A DNA stretch of 64,000 nt, taken from an uncultured Nitrospiraceae bacterium. Its GTDB lineage: Bacteria > Nitrospirota > Thermodesulfovibrionia > Thermodesulfovibrionales > SM23-35. The stretch covers positions 1,312,001 to 1,376,000 of the forward strand of contig CAVSHB010000001.1 of NCBI GenBank assembly GCA_963727775.1, in the 5' to 3' direction. This document shows, piece after piece, positions 39,054 to 49,902 of the stretch. The translations under genes and the position numbers were made by a program. The number at the start of each line of letters is the position of its first letter. The first letter of the stretch is position 1. A model generated the notes under the pieces. That model did no database searches and was not told where the DNA came from. It was given only the letters and a program-made list of their open reading frames with translations.

Positions 39054-39093
39054 AAAAAAATGGCTTGTACCGTCATACGGAACAAGCCATTTT
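39054..39093 (-). terminator. Intrinsic terminator-like hairpin between the FDH beta gene and fdhE
   Basis: AAAATGGCTTGT...ACAAGCCATTTT stem followed by a U-run on the minus strand. Confidence 0.75.
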
Positions 39094-39111
39094 AGCACGT
39101 TTTATGTACTA

Positions 39112-39843
39112 TTATTCCGCTATCCGGGAAAGATCCACCAGAGGCTGAAATATCTTTTTTATCGCCGCAAATCTCGTTATTTCAGGCTCCCCTGCCGCAG
39201 CATACTTGTGGTACTTCCGCGGATCATCGATCACGAGGAAGATCGTACGGTGAAAATCATCATTGAGCAGCGCTGCCTTCGGGTATTTCACCTTCTCTTC
39301 AGTGAGACGTTTACGGGCCATTTCGAGTATTTTGTCCCGGTCGCCGAAATTCATCGTTCCGGTAGGACATGTTTTGACACATGCAGGAAGCATCCCTTCT
39401 TTAATCCTGTCGATACACATGGTGCATTTGGCCATTCCCTGGGTCTTTGCGTCCCATCGGGGGATGTCCCATGGACAGGCTTCTCTTATCTGTTTGAACT
39501 CTTTTTCCTTAACCTTCACCTTCGGATTATAAAGGACCGCGCCGGTTGACGCATCCTGTGCTATGGCTTTTACGTTCAAAGATTCGGCCATTATTTTGCA
39601 CGGAGGCGTAGTGCAGTGCCTGCACTGGTCAGGGAAGAAATACCATTTCGGTTTTCCATCTTCTTCCAATTCACTGAACCTTACGAGTTTATACGTAAAG
39701 TAGGAGAGATCTTCAGGGTTCTGATGACTTCCACGCTGAACGGTTTTAGTCCCCGGATTCATGTTCCACTGCTTGCATGCGATCTGGCATCCACGGCATG
39801 CCGTACATTTTGTGGTGTCTATAAAGAAGGATTTATCCGCCAT
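39112..39843 (-). CDS. Formate dehydrogenase iron-sulfur (beta) subunit
   Basis: CTACRGCQIAC, CRHC..PPC, CTMC and PACVKTCP motifs. Confidence 0.93.
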   Translation of the reverse strand: MADKSFFIDTTKCTACRGCQIACKQWNMNPGTKTVQRGSHQNPEDLSYFTYKLVRFSELEEDGKPKWYFFPDQCRHCTTPPCKIMAESLNVKAIAQDASTGAVLYNPKVKVKEKEFKQIREACPWDIPRWDAKTQGMAKCTMCIDRIKEGMLPACVKTCPTGTMNFGDRDKILEMARKRLTEEKVKYPKAALLNDDFHRTIFLVIDDPRKYHKYAAAGEPEITRFAAIKKIFQPLVDLSRIAE

Positions 39844-39857
39844 TTCTGATCACCTCC

Positions 39858-42800
39858 TTACGTTTTCCCGGGTTTTTTAGCCGGGTGTGCGGTTATCTTT
39901 GTTACGTTTGCCATAAATGCCTTTGACTCCGGTATCATCGTATTGGGATCGCCGATTGTAGGAGTAAGCAAGTTTGCACTTTCGCCTCCGTCCTTTGGAT
40001 GGAGCCATCCGAAGTGCCATGGTATGCCGATCTGATGGATGGTCTGGCCGGCGATGACAAAAGGTTTGAAGCGGAGTGTCACAATCGCTACAGCCTCAAC
40101 CTTTCCTCTCTGTGTCTCGACTAATACACGCTCACCGTTTTCGATGCCCCTCATTTTTGCGAGTTCATGGCTCATTTCACAGAACATCTGTGGCTCAGCC
40201 TCAGTAAGCCACGGGAGCCATCGTGTCAGTACCCCTGTCTGCCAATGTTCTGTGACGCGGTAGGTTGTGCAGACGAAGGGATACCTCGGATCACATGTTG
40301 CGAAGCTGTCCGCACCACCTTCAAATATTTTTACCACAGGATTGATCCTCTGGTTCGACATGATATTCTTCTCGATCGGGCATTCCAACGGCTCATAGTG
40401 CTCGGGGAATGGTCCGTCTTTCAGCCCCGGTCCGAAGAGTGAAGCCACGCCGTCCGGTTTCATAATGAACGGGTAAACTCCTTCTGTTCCCATAGGAGGC
40501 GCAGGCCCGTCAGGGATGTCACCGGCCCATTTCTTGTTTTCAGCATCCCACTTCAGCAGAGTCCTGTTCGGATTCCGTGGCTTTCCATCCAAATCGACAG
40601 AAGCCCTGTTATAGATAATCCTCCTGTTGACCGGCCATGTCCATGACCATTCGGGATAAAGACCCAATCCGGTCGGATCAGTCTTCTTTCTCCGGGCAGC
40701 CATGTTGCCGGCCTCTGTATAGCTTCCGGAATATATCCAGTTGCCGCAGGAGGTCCTTCCATCATCCAGAAGAAAGACGAAGCTCGGGACCAGTGTCCCT
40801 TTCTTATATACCTTTTTGTCCACGGGGTGTTCCGGTATATCAACGAGAAAATATCCATTAATTTCTTTGGCAACTTTATGGATATCGAATGTACCGTTTG
40901 TCTCATAATCCCATTTCACATTCATGATCGGAGCAGGGAAGGCGCCTTTTTCTTTCTTGTAAAGGGCGCGCACCTTTTTGAATAAGTTATACATGATTTC
41001 ACCGTCAGGCCGTGCGTTGCCCGGAGGGTTTGTTGCTTTCCAGCGCCACTGCATCCACCTGCCGCTGTTGCTGATGCTACCCTCTTTTTCGAGGAAGGCT
41101 GCGCACGGCAGTTGGAAGACCTCGGTCTTGATCTTTTTCGGATCCATGCCGGGACCTTTCCAGAACGAGCCTGTTTCGCTGTCAAAAACATTCACATTGA
41201 CCATCCAGTCCAGTTTTGCCAACGCCTGACGTACTTTACCTGCATTCGCGCTTGAGCATGCAGGGTTCATGCCCCAGGCAAAGAAACCGGTGAATGTTCC
41301 CTTGTACATCTGATCGAAGAGGTTGAGCCATGAGGCATCCTGCGTAGTGTCTAATTTCGGCAGCCATGAATACCCGAAATCGTTTTTTTTGGTTGCCGTA
41401 TCACCATAAAAAGATTTTAGCAGGCTTGCGACGTATTTTGGTCTGTTCTTCCACCAATTGACGCTTCTGGTATCTTTTGTTGCCGGGGTAGTTTTATTAA
41501 AGTCTTCAAGTGTTGCCCACTGAGCCCTGGGTGAAGGAATATATCCGGGGACGATATGGAAAAGCAGCCCCTGATCTGTCGATCCCTGCACATTTGACTC
41601 GCCTCTCAGGGCGTTCACTCCGCCTCCGGCTATCCCCATATTTCCAAGCAGTGTCTGGATAATGGACATGGCGCGGATGTTCTGAACTCCTACTGTATGC
41701 TGTGTCCATCCCATTGCGTAGAGGACAGTGCCGGCTTTATCAGGCTTTCCGGTTGCAGCATATGCACTGTACACTTTTTCGAGATCCTCCTGAGGTGTTC
41801 CGGTAATCGCGGTAACTTTCTCAGGGGTATAGCGGGAGTAGTGTTTTTTCAAAAGCTGTAATACGCATCGTTCGTTCTGCAATGTCATATCCCGCTTTGG
41901 TATGCCGTTTTCGTCTTTTTCCAATGCCCAGACAGACTGATCGTATGCCCTCTTATTAGGGTCGTACCCTGAGAAGAGACCGTCATCAAAATTATACTTG
42001 GGGTTAACAAGGCAGGAAGCATTACTGTAGTTCTTGACATAGAATTCATCATACAGGTTATTGTCAAGGATATACCTGATCATGCCGCCGAGGAAGGCGA
42101 TATCGGTGCCGGAGCGAAGTCTCGCAAAAATATCGGCTTTTGCCGATGTACGGGTAAAACGGGGGTCTACATGGATAAAGATACCCCCTTTATTTCTGGC
42201 TGCCTGAATCCACTTGAAGGAAACCGGATGGTTCTCGGCAACGTTACTTCCCATGTTGAGAATAACATCGGCGTTACGGAAATCAATAAAATGGTTTGTC
42301 ATTGCACCGCGCCCGAACGACTCTGCCAGAGCCGCTACTGTAGCGCTGTGTCATATACGGGCCTGATGTTCAATATAGACAAGGCCAAGAGCCCTGAGGA
42401 ATTTCTGGAAAAGCCAGCATTCTTCATTGTCCATGGCAGCGCTGCCTACCGAGGCGATTCCGTTCGCACAGTTGACGACTTTTCCGTCCGCATTCTTCTC
42501 CACAAAGCTCTTATCGCGGCTCTTCTTTATGTTGGCAGCGATTTTGTTCATCGCCCATTCCCAGTTGACTTCCTTCCATTTGTCACTGTGGGGGGCGCGA
42601 TAACGGACTTTCTTAAGTCGGTTGTCGTTTACCGCAATTTGATAGGTAGAACCACCTTTCGGACACAACGCTCCCTCACTGATCGGATGATCAGGATCTC
42701 CTTCTGCATTGATGACCTTACCTTTTTGGTCCGTAGATACGAGGATTCCGCATCCCACGGAGCAGTAACAGCAGATGGTGGGCGTTTCCTTAGCCCCTTT

Positions 42801-42935
42801 GATGCGGAGCTCAGTCCGAAGCTCGGCAGCATAAACCAGGGCAGGTGTCAGATCGAAGCCCAAACGGCTCAAAGCTAAGCTTGTCGCAGTGACTCCGGAG
42901 ATCTTCAGAAAATCTCTGCGCGTGATAACATTCAT
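39858..42935 (-). CDS. fdnG: Selenocysteine-containing formate dehydrogenase alpha subunit (Mo/W-bis-PGD, Tat-exported), 1025 aa
   Basis: Two track ORFs join through the in-frame TGA at 42351-42353 (EHQARI-U-HSATV). Tat motif TRRDFLK, CCYCSVGC...C and LRGESNVQG. Confidence 0.96.
42305..42350 (-). promoter_or_regulatory. Bacterial SECIS element
   Basis: Stem-loop immediately 3' of UGA: lower stem CACAGCGC/GCGCGGUG and upper stem GCGGCUCU-GGC-AGAGUCGU starting 15 nt after UGA. Confidence 0.88.
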
Positions 42936-43158
42936 AATCTCCCCCTTTTCTTCGGAAATGTTCTCAAAAACCCCCTCTGTGAATACAGAGATAACCTTTG
43001 TGTCTCTCTGATTTCATTTTTTGCTCTTCTTTTCATCGGGATTACCGACTATTCTCAGTTTTTTTTGATATGGGGGTTTCCCTATGGAGCACATAATGAT
43101 TAGGAACATGATTATATTATTACTATTCATATAATTAATGAATTCATATCATGCACTT

Positions 43159-43187
43159 TCTATATCACAAACCCGGATGCATGTCAA
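43159..43187 (-). promoter_or_regulatory. Sigma70-type promoter candidate for the fdh operon
   Basis: TTGACA-17 bp-TATAGA about 220 nt upstream of the fdnG start. Confidence 0.6.
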
Positions 43188-43301
43188 TATTTTTTATCTT
43201 CCGGACAGAGAAGCCGTTATTTTAATGTTTCCCGGGTTTGTGATGGTGGTAACAGCGGGTTGAACTGCGCTCAAAAACTTGAAGTAGGATAAAATAGAAC
43301 A

Positions 43302-44159
43302 ATGAACGCTCTCGACAAACTGCGAAGAATGGGAGACATGCTTGAAAAGAATGGCGTGAATGATGCCGATAGAGAGGCTGAAATCATAGTGTCTCATGCA
43401 CTCGGGGTGGACAGGGTCAGCCTTTATAGCGACAACCCTGATATCCCGGAAGAATCTATTCTGCAGATAGATCAATTTGTAAGAAGAAGAATAAGCCGGG
43501 AACCTCTGCAGTATATTCTCGGTTATACGGAATTTTATGGAATAAAAATAATGCTCGGCGCCGGTGTCCTAATACCACGTCCGGAGACGGAGTTGCTGGT
43601 TGAAGCAGCAATAAAAATAGTCTCTGAGTTCAAAGGCGGAAGTCCAAAGTTTAAGATAATTGATCTCTGCACGGGCAGTGGGTGCATAGCACTTGCACTT
43701 GCACAAAGATTTATTGATGCGAAGGTATACGGGACTGACATTTCAGAAGCAGCGCTTGGATATGCCGAAAAAAATGCCGGAATAAACAGTATTACCAATG
43801 TGACCTTTTTAAACGGCAGTTTGTTTGACCCGTTAAAAAAGAATCTCAGGTTTGACCTGATCATATCAAACCCGCCTTATATCAGGAGGCAAGACATAAA
43901 AGACTTGCAACCTGAGATAAAAGATTGGGAGCCTATCGAAGCGCTGGACGGAGGAGAAGACGGTCTCGATTATTACAGAGCAATAATACCGGAAGCGGGA
44001 ACCTATTTGAAAAAGCATGGCTGCCTTATGTTTGAGCTCGGCATCCACCAGGCGAAAGCTGTGAAGAAAATGGCAGAGGATGAAGGGTTCCGGAATATAT
44101 CTCTGATCAAGGATTATGCAAGGATTGACAGGATACTGATAGCTAAAAAGGATAGTTAA
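43302..44159 (+). CDS. prmC: Release factor glutamine methyltransferase
   Basis: EPLQYILG, LIPRPETE, DLCTGSG, SNPPY and ALDGG.DGL motifs. Confidence 0.96.
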   Translation: MNALDKLRRMGDMLEKNGVNDADREAEIIVSHALGVDRVSLYSDNPDIPEESILQIDQFVRRRISREPLQYILGYTEFYGIKIMLGAGVLIPRPETELLVEAAIKIVSEFKGGSPKFKIIDLCTGSGCIALALAQRFIDAKVYGTDISEAALGYAEKNAGINSITNVTFLNGSLFDPLKKNLRFDLIISNPPYIRRQDIKDLQPEIKDWEPIEALDGGEDGLDYYRAIIPEAGTYLKKHGCLMFELGIHQAKAVKKMAEDEGFRNISLIKDYARIDRILIAKKDS

Positions 44160-44174
44160 CCGTAAAATAAAAAA

Positions 44175-45620
44175 ATGAGCATAATTGAAGAAAACAGATT
44201 AATAGAAAAGCTTGACAAGGAATATATCTGGCATCCCTTTACACAAATGAAGGACTGGATTAAGGAAACGCCGATAATTATCGCTGAGGGCAGAGATTGT
44301 TTTATTAAGGATATTTACGGCAGGTGGTACCTTGACGGGGTATCATCCCTGTGGGTAAATATTTTCGGACATAGAAAACAGGAGATAGATGACGCAATAA
44401 AAGAACAGCTTGATAAGATCGCCCATACCACACTGCTCGGTCTGAGCAATGTCCCGGCTATAAAATTAGCTGAAAAATTAGTGCGGATAGTTCAGAAATC
44501 GTTTCAAAACGTCCAATCTTTTCCTGAAAAGAGTAAGAGAAAAGTTTTAAGTAAGGTCTTTTATTCCGACAACGGTTCTACCGCTGTTGAAGTCGCGCTG
44601 AAAATGGCATTTCAGTATTGGAAACACAAAGGGGTTGACGGAAAAAACACCTTTGTATCACTTAATAACGCATATCATGGCGATACCCTGGGAACTGTGA
44701 GTGTGGGTGGGGTTGATATATTCCATAAGGCATTCGGACCATTATTATTTAAAACATATAAAGCGCCTTCGCCATATTGTTACAGGTGCGAACTCGGAAA
44801 AACATATCCGGATTGTAAATACGCATGCCTCAAGAAAATGGAAAATATATTCAAGTGCCATTCAGCAAAGATAGCCGCTATGATTATAGAGCCTTTGGTC
44901 CAGGCAGCGGGTGGGATGATAACCTCTCCTCCGGGATACCTGAAAGGCGTCAGAAAATTGTGTGATAAGTACAATATCCTGATGATTGCCGATGAGGTCG
45001 CAACCGGCTTTGGAAGGACCGGCAAGATGTTCGCTTGTGAACACGAAGATGTTGTGCCTGACATTATGTGCTTATCAAAAGGAATAACCGGCGGTTACAT
45101 GCCGCTGGCAGTGACCCTTGCCACAGATGAAGTTTATAAGGCATTTTTCGGAAAATTCAAAGAACTGAAGACGTTCTTTCACGGCCACTCCTATACCGGG
45201 AATCCACTGGCATGTGCCGCTGCAATCGCATGCCTCGATGTATTTAAGAAAGAGGAGGTTTTGAAAACCCTTCAAGGGAAGATCAATATCCTTGAAACAT
45301 GGCTTAAGGATATATCGGCTCTCCGGCATGTCGGAGATGTAAGGAATGCCGGTTTTATTGCAGGTGTCGAGTTGGTAAGAAATAAAAAGACAAAGGAACC
45401 TTATAACTGGGAGGAAAAGACAGGATGGAAGGTAGCCTATTACGCAAGGGAAAAGGGGGTTCTTATCAGGCCACTCGGAAATATTATTGTCATCATGCCC
45501 CCATTAAGTATCAGCGAACAGAACCTAAGGCAATTGTTGAAGGTCATCGAAGAGTCCATCATTGAAGCGACAGCTAAGAAGCATTCGACTCATAAACCAA
45601 AGGGCAAATCAATTGAGTAA
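44175..45620 (+). CDS. bioA: Adenosylmethionine-8-amino-7-oxononanoate transaminase
   Basis: IWHPFTQM, DGVSSLW, SDNGSTAVEVALK, YHGDT, DEVATGFGRTG and HGHSYTGNP. Confidence 0.96.
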   Translation: MSIIEENRLIEKLDKEYIWHPFTQMKDWIKETPIIIAEGRDCFIKDIYGRWYLDGVSSLWVNIFGHRKQEIDDAIKEQLDKIAHTTLLGLSNVPAIKLAEKLVRIVQKSFQNVQSFPEKSKRKVLSKVFYSDNGSTAVEVALKMAFQYWKHKGVDGKNTFVSLNNAYHGDTLGTVSVGGVDIFHKAFGPLLFKTYKAPSPYCYRCELGKTYPDCKYACLKKMENIFKCHSAKIAAMIIEPLVQAAGGMITSPPGYLKGVRKLCDKYNILMIADEVATGFGRTGKMFACEHEDVVPDIMCLSKGITGGYMPLAVTLATDEVYKAFFGKFKELKTFFHGHSYTGNPLACAAAIACLDVFKKEEVLKTLQGKINILETWLKDISALRHVGDVRNAGFIAGVELVRNKKTKEPYNWEEKTGWKVAYYAREKGVLIRPLGNIIVIMPPLSISEQNLRQLLKVIEESIIEATAKKHSTHKPKGKSIE

Positions 45621-46065
45621 AAAATCCATAGTACTTTTGTTCCTTTTAATAGCCGTGCCGGTAATTATATATTTTCTATGGCCCTCTGATGAAAGCAGGA
45701 TAAAGAAACTCTTCAGGGAAGGATCGGTAGCGCTAGAAAAAAAAGACCTCGATGCGGTGATGTCAAAAGTGTCATTCAATTACCGCGATGAATATGGCTT
45801 TACATATCTTTATATAAAAGAAACGATGAAACATCTTTTTATGAAGATGAGCGACATTAAAATCGAATATGAAAATCTGCATATAAACATAGCCGACAAA
45901 ACTGCTACAGCGGACATGGACGTGAGAATTATAGCGACTATTGGAAATGATACGGGGTATATACTCGGAGATTTGCCAAAGCCGGTCCACCTGAAGTTTA
46001 CGCTCGAAAAAGAGAGAACAAAATGGCTTGTGACAAAAACCGATGGGCTACCTTTTAATTTTTAG
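45613..46065 (+). CDS. Hypothetical membrane-anchored protein (possible NTF2-like fold)
   Basis: N-terminal TM helix. The TTG start overlaps the bioA end. Confidence 0.65.
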   Translation: MSKKSIVLLFLLIAVPVIIYFLWPSDESRIKKLFREGSVALEKKDLDAVMSKVSFNYRDEYGFTYLYIKETMKHLFMKMSDIKIEYENLHINIADKTATADMDVRIIATIGNDTGYILGDLPKPVHLKFTLEKERTKWLVTKTDGLPFNF

Positions 46066-46090
46066 CAAAGGAATCGTATAATATTCGGAT

Positions 46091-46177
46091 GCCGAAGTGG
46101 CGGAACTGGCAGACGCGCTAGGTTCAGGGTCTAGTGGTCGAAAGGCCGTGCGGGTTCGAGTCCCGCCTTCGGCACCA
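46091..46177 (+). tRNA. tRNA-Leu(CAG)
   Basis: Acceptor GCCGAAG/CTTCGGC plus ACCA, anticodon arm CTAGG-TTCAGGG-TCTAG, long variable arm and GGTTCGAGTCC. Confidence 0.97.
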
Positions 46178-46648
46178 AATAAAGTATTAGATATCAATAT
46201 GTTACGAATGTATACCTCTATATATGCCGTCCGCAAATCTTCATCGATACCTGCAACACTTCTTCTTATAAATACTTTATGGATTTGGGTAGAGAGCCAT
46301 ATTCACCTGATCACGCGCGTAGGCGAAACCGCAACTCACGAAGACTTCGCCCCGAAGCATGCATTGGCACCGGGATCGAATGAGGAAGAAATCTCTGTGT
46401 ACCTGAATCTCGACTCCACCTGGACACCATTGGTATTTTCATTAACTAAGAAGTATGCGGGCAACACTTCTTCCTTGTTTACACCACACTAATTTAAATA
46501 TCCTTACCCTGTTTCTTTCCTTTTATACTCCTCGGAATGGGAAAACAGTCCTGACGCCCTATATCACACGTGTGTAACAATCCCGCATTAGAGGCAGATT
46601 TTATCCAGGAATGATTGAATCCACTCTGAGACGTACTTTTCCTCTTAG

Positions 46649-48298
46649 CCCACATAATTCATAAAATTTTGGCATATGAGATTATTGGTGGGTTTTTGAG
46701 TCAAACGAAGACAATAGAAGACTATTGCGAAGCAGTTTTATAGACGAGTCACGATCTGATCCCGTAAAATCAGACGGAGAAGGGCTTCGTGGCAGTTTTT
46801 AAGCGCACTTCACCATTGAGGACATTTCCTGTTGAAGTTTTTCCGTAAGAAAATGTTCAGGTCGTATCAGCAGCAAGCCGATGATATACTAATGCAAAGA
46901 TTTTCTTCCAGGGATAGCCACTGGCTAAGCGAAACCATACCCGTCGGGCTGTCTGGATTACCTGGGCTCCAATCTTCAGAAGCCTCAGCCTTAACTGCTG
47001 TATCTGCATTGAGGCAAATTCTGTTTTCTGAAGAGCTTCCCTGAGCCTCAGAACAAGCCAGTACGCCGCCATATGCAGGAAGAGTCTGAACTGGTTGGCA
47101 ACAAAGCGATGACAACTCAACCGGTCTGCCTTGAGCCCATTTTTAAACTCGTCAATCCGTACCTCACAGGTACCGCCACGCTCGGTGTAAAACTCATAGA
47201 GTTCTTTTGGTTCATAGGAGAGGTTGGTTACGACAAAACGACGGTTAGGTCCCTGTATCAGCCATTCAGCCTTCATGATAACCCGTCGCTCTTTCGGCCA
47301 ACTCTGCGCCTGATATAATCCCTCTGTAAACATCCTCTGTTTTTGTCCTGTTTCCGTATACTGCTTATGCGCTTTCTTGAGAATGGCTTCGATCATCCGC
47401 TCAAGCACATCATTACGGATCAGACCGATCATATATTTGAGACCCTCTTCTTCACAGTATTCATATAACTCTGGTACTGCAAATCCAGCATCGCCACGGA
47501 CGATGATCTCTGTTTTTGGAAACGCCTCCTTAAGTTTCGGAATGATCCGCTTGAGGATCGACACCGCTCCATAACTGGCATGCCGGTTACCAGCTCTGAG
47601 GGCCGCTGTTATCAGTTGCCCTGTGTCAGCATCGTAGATTACAAGCGGATGGTACATGTATTGGTCATAGTAGCCATGAAAGAACGTCAACTGCTGATTG
47701 CCGTATGTCGGATCGTCCGTCCCATCAAGGTCCAGAATAATCCTTTTTGGCTTTCTCTTCCGGTTCCGACGAATGTAAAGATTAATAAAATATTCTCCTA
47801 TCCTGTATAGATCGTTCCGGGTGATTGCGTTTTCCAAGCGTGACAAGGTGGGCTGTGAGCCAAGATCTTCATCGCTCAACTTCCGTCCACAGGCTGTCTT
47901 CAGTGCTGGATCTTTTCTTACTATGTTTGCATCGTTACAGTCCTCATACCCAGCAACGATTTGATATGTCCGCTGACGTAACAGTGTCTCCAGATTGTGA
48001 TCGGTGTAACGGTTGTCTCTTCGGTCTGTAATACATCCTGCCATCCCTGTTATCAACCGCAAAGCATTGTCTGCTTGCCTCACCAGCAACAAGCCCGAAT
48101 CAGAGGTTATCTCCCCTCCCTTAAAATCTACCGTTATTTTTTGCTTCCGTATGAATGAAAAGGTGAGCTGTTTTGTGATACACTCTGTCATATAGCCAAC
48201 CATCCTTTCTTTGGTTTTGAGCTCTCGTAAACTCAATAATACCAAAGGTCTTAGGATTGTTGGCTATTTTTTTAGGCAGAATTTATGAATAATCTGGG
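46649..48298 (-). mobile_element. IS1380-family insertion sequence, 1650 bp
   Basis: Inverted ends CCCACATAATTCATAAA and TTTATGAATAATCTGGG (15/17 identity) enclose one transposase. Confidence 0.9.
46857..48191 (-). CDS. IS1380 transposase
   Basis: FKGGEITSDSG, AGYEDCND, SQPTLSRLEN, LDLDGTDD, RGDAGF and Y..RG..E..I.E.K motifs. Confidence 0.94.
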   Translation of the reverse strand: MTECITKQLTFSFIRKQKITVDFKGGEITSDSGLLLVRQADNALRLITGMAGCITDRRDNRYTDHNLETLLRQRTYQIVAGYEDCNDANIVRKDPALKTACGRKLSDEDLGSQPTLSRLENAITRNDLYRIGEYFINLYIRRNRKRKPKRIILDLDGTDDPTYGNQQLTFFHGYYDQYMYHPLVIYDADTGQLITAALRAGNRHASYGAVSILKRIIPKLKEAFPKTEIIVRGDAGFAVPELYEYCEEEGLKYMIGLIRNDVLERMIEAILKKAHKQYTETGQKQRMFTEGLYQAQSWPKERRVIMKAEWLIQGPNRRFVVTNLSYEPKELYEFYTERGGTCEVRIDEFKNGLKADRLSCHRFVANQFRLFLHMAAYWLVLRLREALQKTEFASMQIQQLRLRLLKIGAQVIQTARRVWFRLASGYPWKKIFALVYHRLAADTT

Positions 48299-48374
48299 CT
48301 AAACGCTCGGCTATAGAAGCGCGGGAATCTTTCAAACCGAAATGAATAGCAACCTATTTTTACACCTATGCGAA

Positions 48375-48974
48375 TTACAATGGATCTATTTCCTTTTCAT
48401 CAAAGCTCACTCTAAAATCGTGGATGCCTTTATAAAACGTATATCCACTGACTCTGTCCCTCTGGTAAACCGGTGTGAAGTCCAGAATGTTTGTCTTTCC
48501 TTCAATTAGGTTAATATCAATCTCCTTCTGGACATTTTCTTCGGTCAAAACCAAACAAATTTTGTAACTCCCAGCCTGAAGTCTTATCCTTTTTTCGAGC
48601 AAATACTTTACACCTTCGCCACCTTCAGGATTTCTTTTGGAATCTACAATTCTCTGCTGAGTATCGGGTTTGCCCTTTGCCATCCAGGTAACATATTGCC
48701 CTCCGATATTAAAAATAAAGGGGTATTCAGACTTGCCACGAAGGGACTGCTTCGACTCAAAGATGTAGTATCCTGCGCGAGGGGTTTTGATATTCGCCTT
48801 TATCAGAAGGTCTGCAAAACCCTCGTGAATAGGTTCCCCCGGCTTGATTTCTGCAAAGACGTCAGCTCTCGCGCCTTGACATTTACTGTAAATCTCCTTT
48901 GACGTGGTGCAGCACCCTGCAAGTGCAAATGCAAGAACCGCTGCACAAATAATTCCGGCCTCAAGTGTTCTCAT
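48375..48974 (-). CDS. Hypothetical lipoprotein
   Basis: RBS AAGGAG and a lipobox LAGC after a hydrophobic signal. Confidence 0.7.
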   Translation of the reverse strand: MRTLEAGIICAAVLAFALAGCCTTSKEIYSKCQGARADVFAEIKPGEPIHEGFADLLIKANIKTPRAGYYIFESKQSLRGKSEYPFIFNIGGQYVTWMAKGKPDTQQRIVDSKRNPEGGEGVKYLLEKRIRLQAGSYKICLVLTEENVQKEIDINLIEGKTNILDFTPVYQRDRVSGYTFYKGIHDFRVSFDEKEIDPL

Positions 48975-49010
48975 GAGAATGCTCCTTTGGTAAAGTTTGG
49001 TCCTTATCAT

Positions 49011-49901
49011 TTAACTCTTATGAGGGTGTCGTGAACCTCCGGGGAGAAGCCTGGCGACAATCCATGCTATTGCGTAAAGCACGCCGAGGAGGACGACATC
49101 CGTAGGGCCGACGGGGAAATCATATTGGTAAGCGATCCAAAAGCCGAAAAACGCGATCGCACCACCGACTAGCGAGGCCAACATAGTGAACTGGCGCATA
49201 TTGTGCGCAAACAGGTGAGCCATCAGCGCAGGGATAAGCAAAAATCCGAATGCGATAAGCGGGCCGACGCTGAGCACCGCCATCGAGACCGTTAGACCGA
49301 TAAGTATATAGAGCAGCACGTCCCAAAAAATAACGTTCTTGTGAAGTATAATCGCCATCTCGCGGTCGAACGAGACCAAGAGCAACTCCTTGTGGAACAG
49401 TGCAAGAGCCGCAAGTACCAGAGCAAGCGCTGCCGCCGTCAGCACGAGATCGAAATTCGAGATGGTGATGACCTCCCCTTTCAGCATATCGAGCCAACCG
49501 ATTTCGCCGTAGGGGTTCTTTGACAGCAGCAAAATGCCCAATGCGGCGGCCACTACGTATGCAGTGCCGAGCCGGCCTTCGGGTTGTCCGCGACCTTGTC
49601 GCTCCATAAACGCCAACGCCAGAATCGCGGTAAGCGAGAAGGTGATAGATCCGGCAAAGGCGAGCGCGTGAGCGCTGTGTGAACCATGATCTGCCAGATT
49701 GAATCCGAGCCACATGGGAAGCGAGAGCGCGATAGCGACACCCGTCGAAGAAATCTGGGGCAGTGCCACTCCCATGAATACCAGCCGGCGCATCACGAGA
49801 AACACACCGACGAGCGGGCAAGCGAAGCCGATGAGCACGCTGGTGTAGATCGAGTTCCTGAGGAGAAAATCCGGCGAGAGAATCTGATAAAGCGTTTCCA
49901 T
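49011..49901 (-). CDS. Metal ABC transporter permease (ZnuB/MntB family)
   Basis: GVFLVMRRLVF, LVSFD and VGPL..F..L.IPA motifs. Confidence 0.9.
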   Translation of the reverse strand: METLYQILSPDFLLRNSIYTSVLIGFACPLVGVFLVMRRLVFMGVALPQISSTGVAIALSLPMWLGFNLADHGSHSAHALAFAGSITFSLTAILALAFMERQGRGQPEGRLGTAYVVAAALGILLLSKNPYGEIGWLDMLKGEVITISNFDLVLTAAALALVLAALALFHKELLLVSFDREMAIILHKNVIFWDVLLYILIGLTVSMAVLSVGPLIAFGFLLIPALMAHLFAHNMRQFTMLASLVGGAIAFFGFWIAYQYDFPVGPTDVVLLGVLYAIAWIVARLLPGGSRHPHKS

Positions 49902-49902
49902 A

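Noticed and set aside
42351..42353. fdnG as a nonsense-broken pseudogene or two genes
   Set aside because: The TGA is at the catalytic Sec/Cys position and is followed by a SECIS hairpin.
46097..46492. ORFs overlapping the tRNA
   Set aside because: Spurious translations of tRNA-Leu and its flank.
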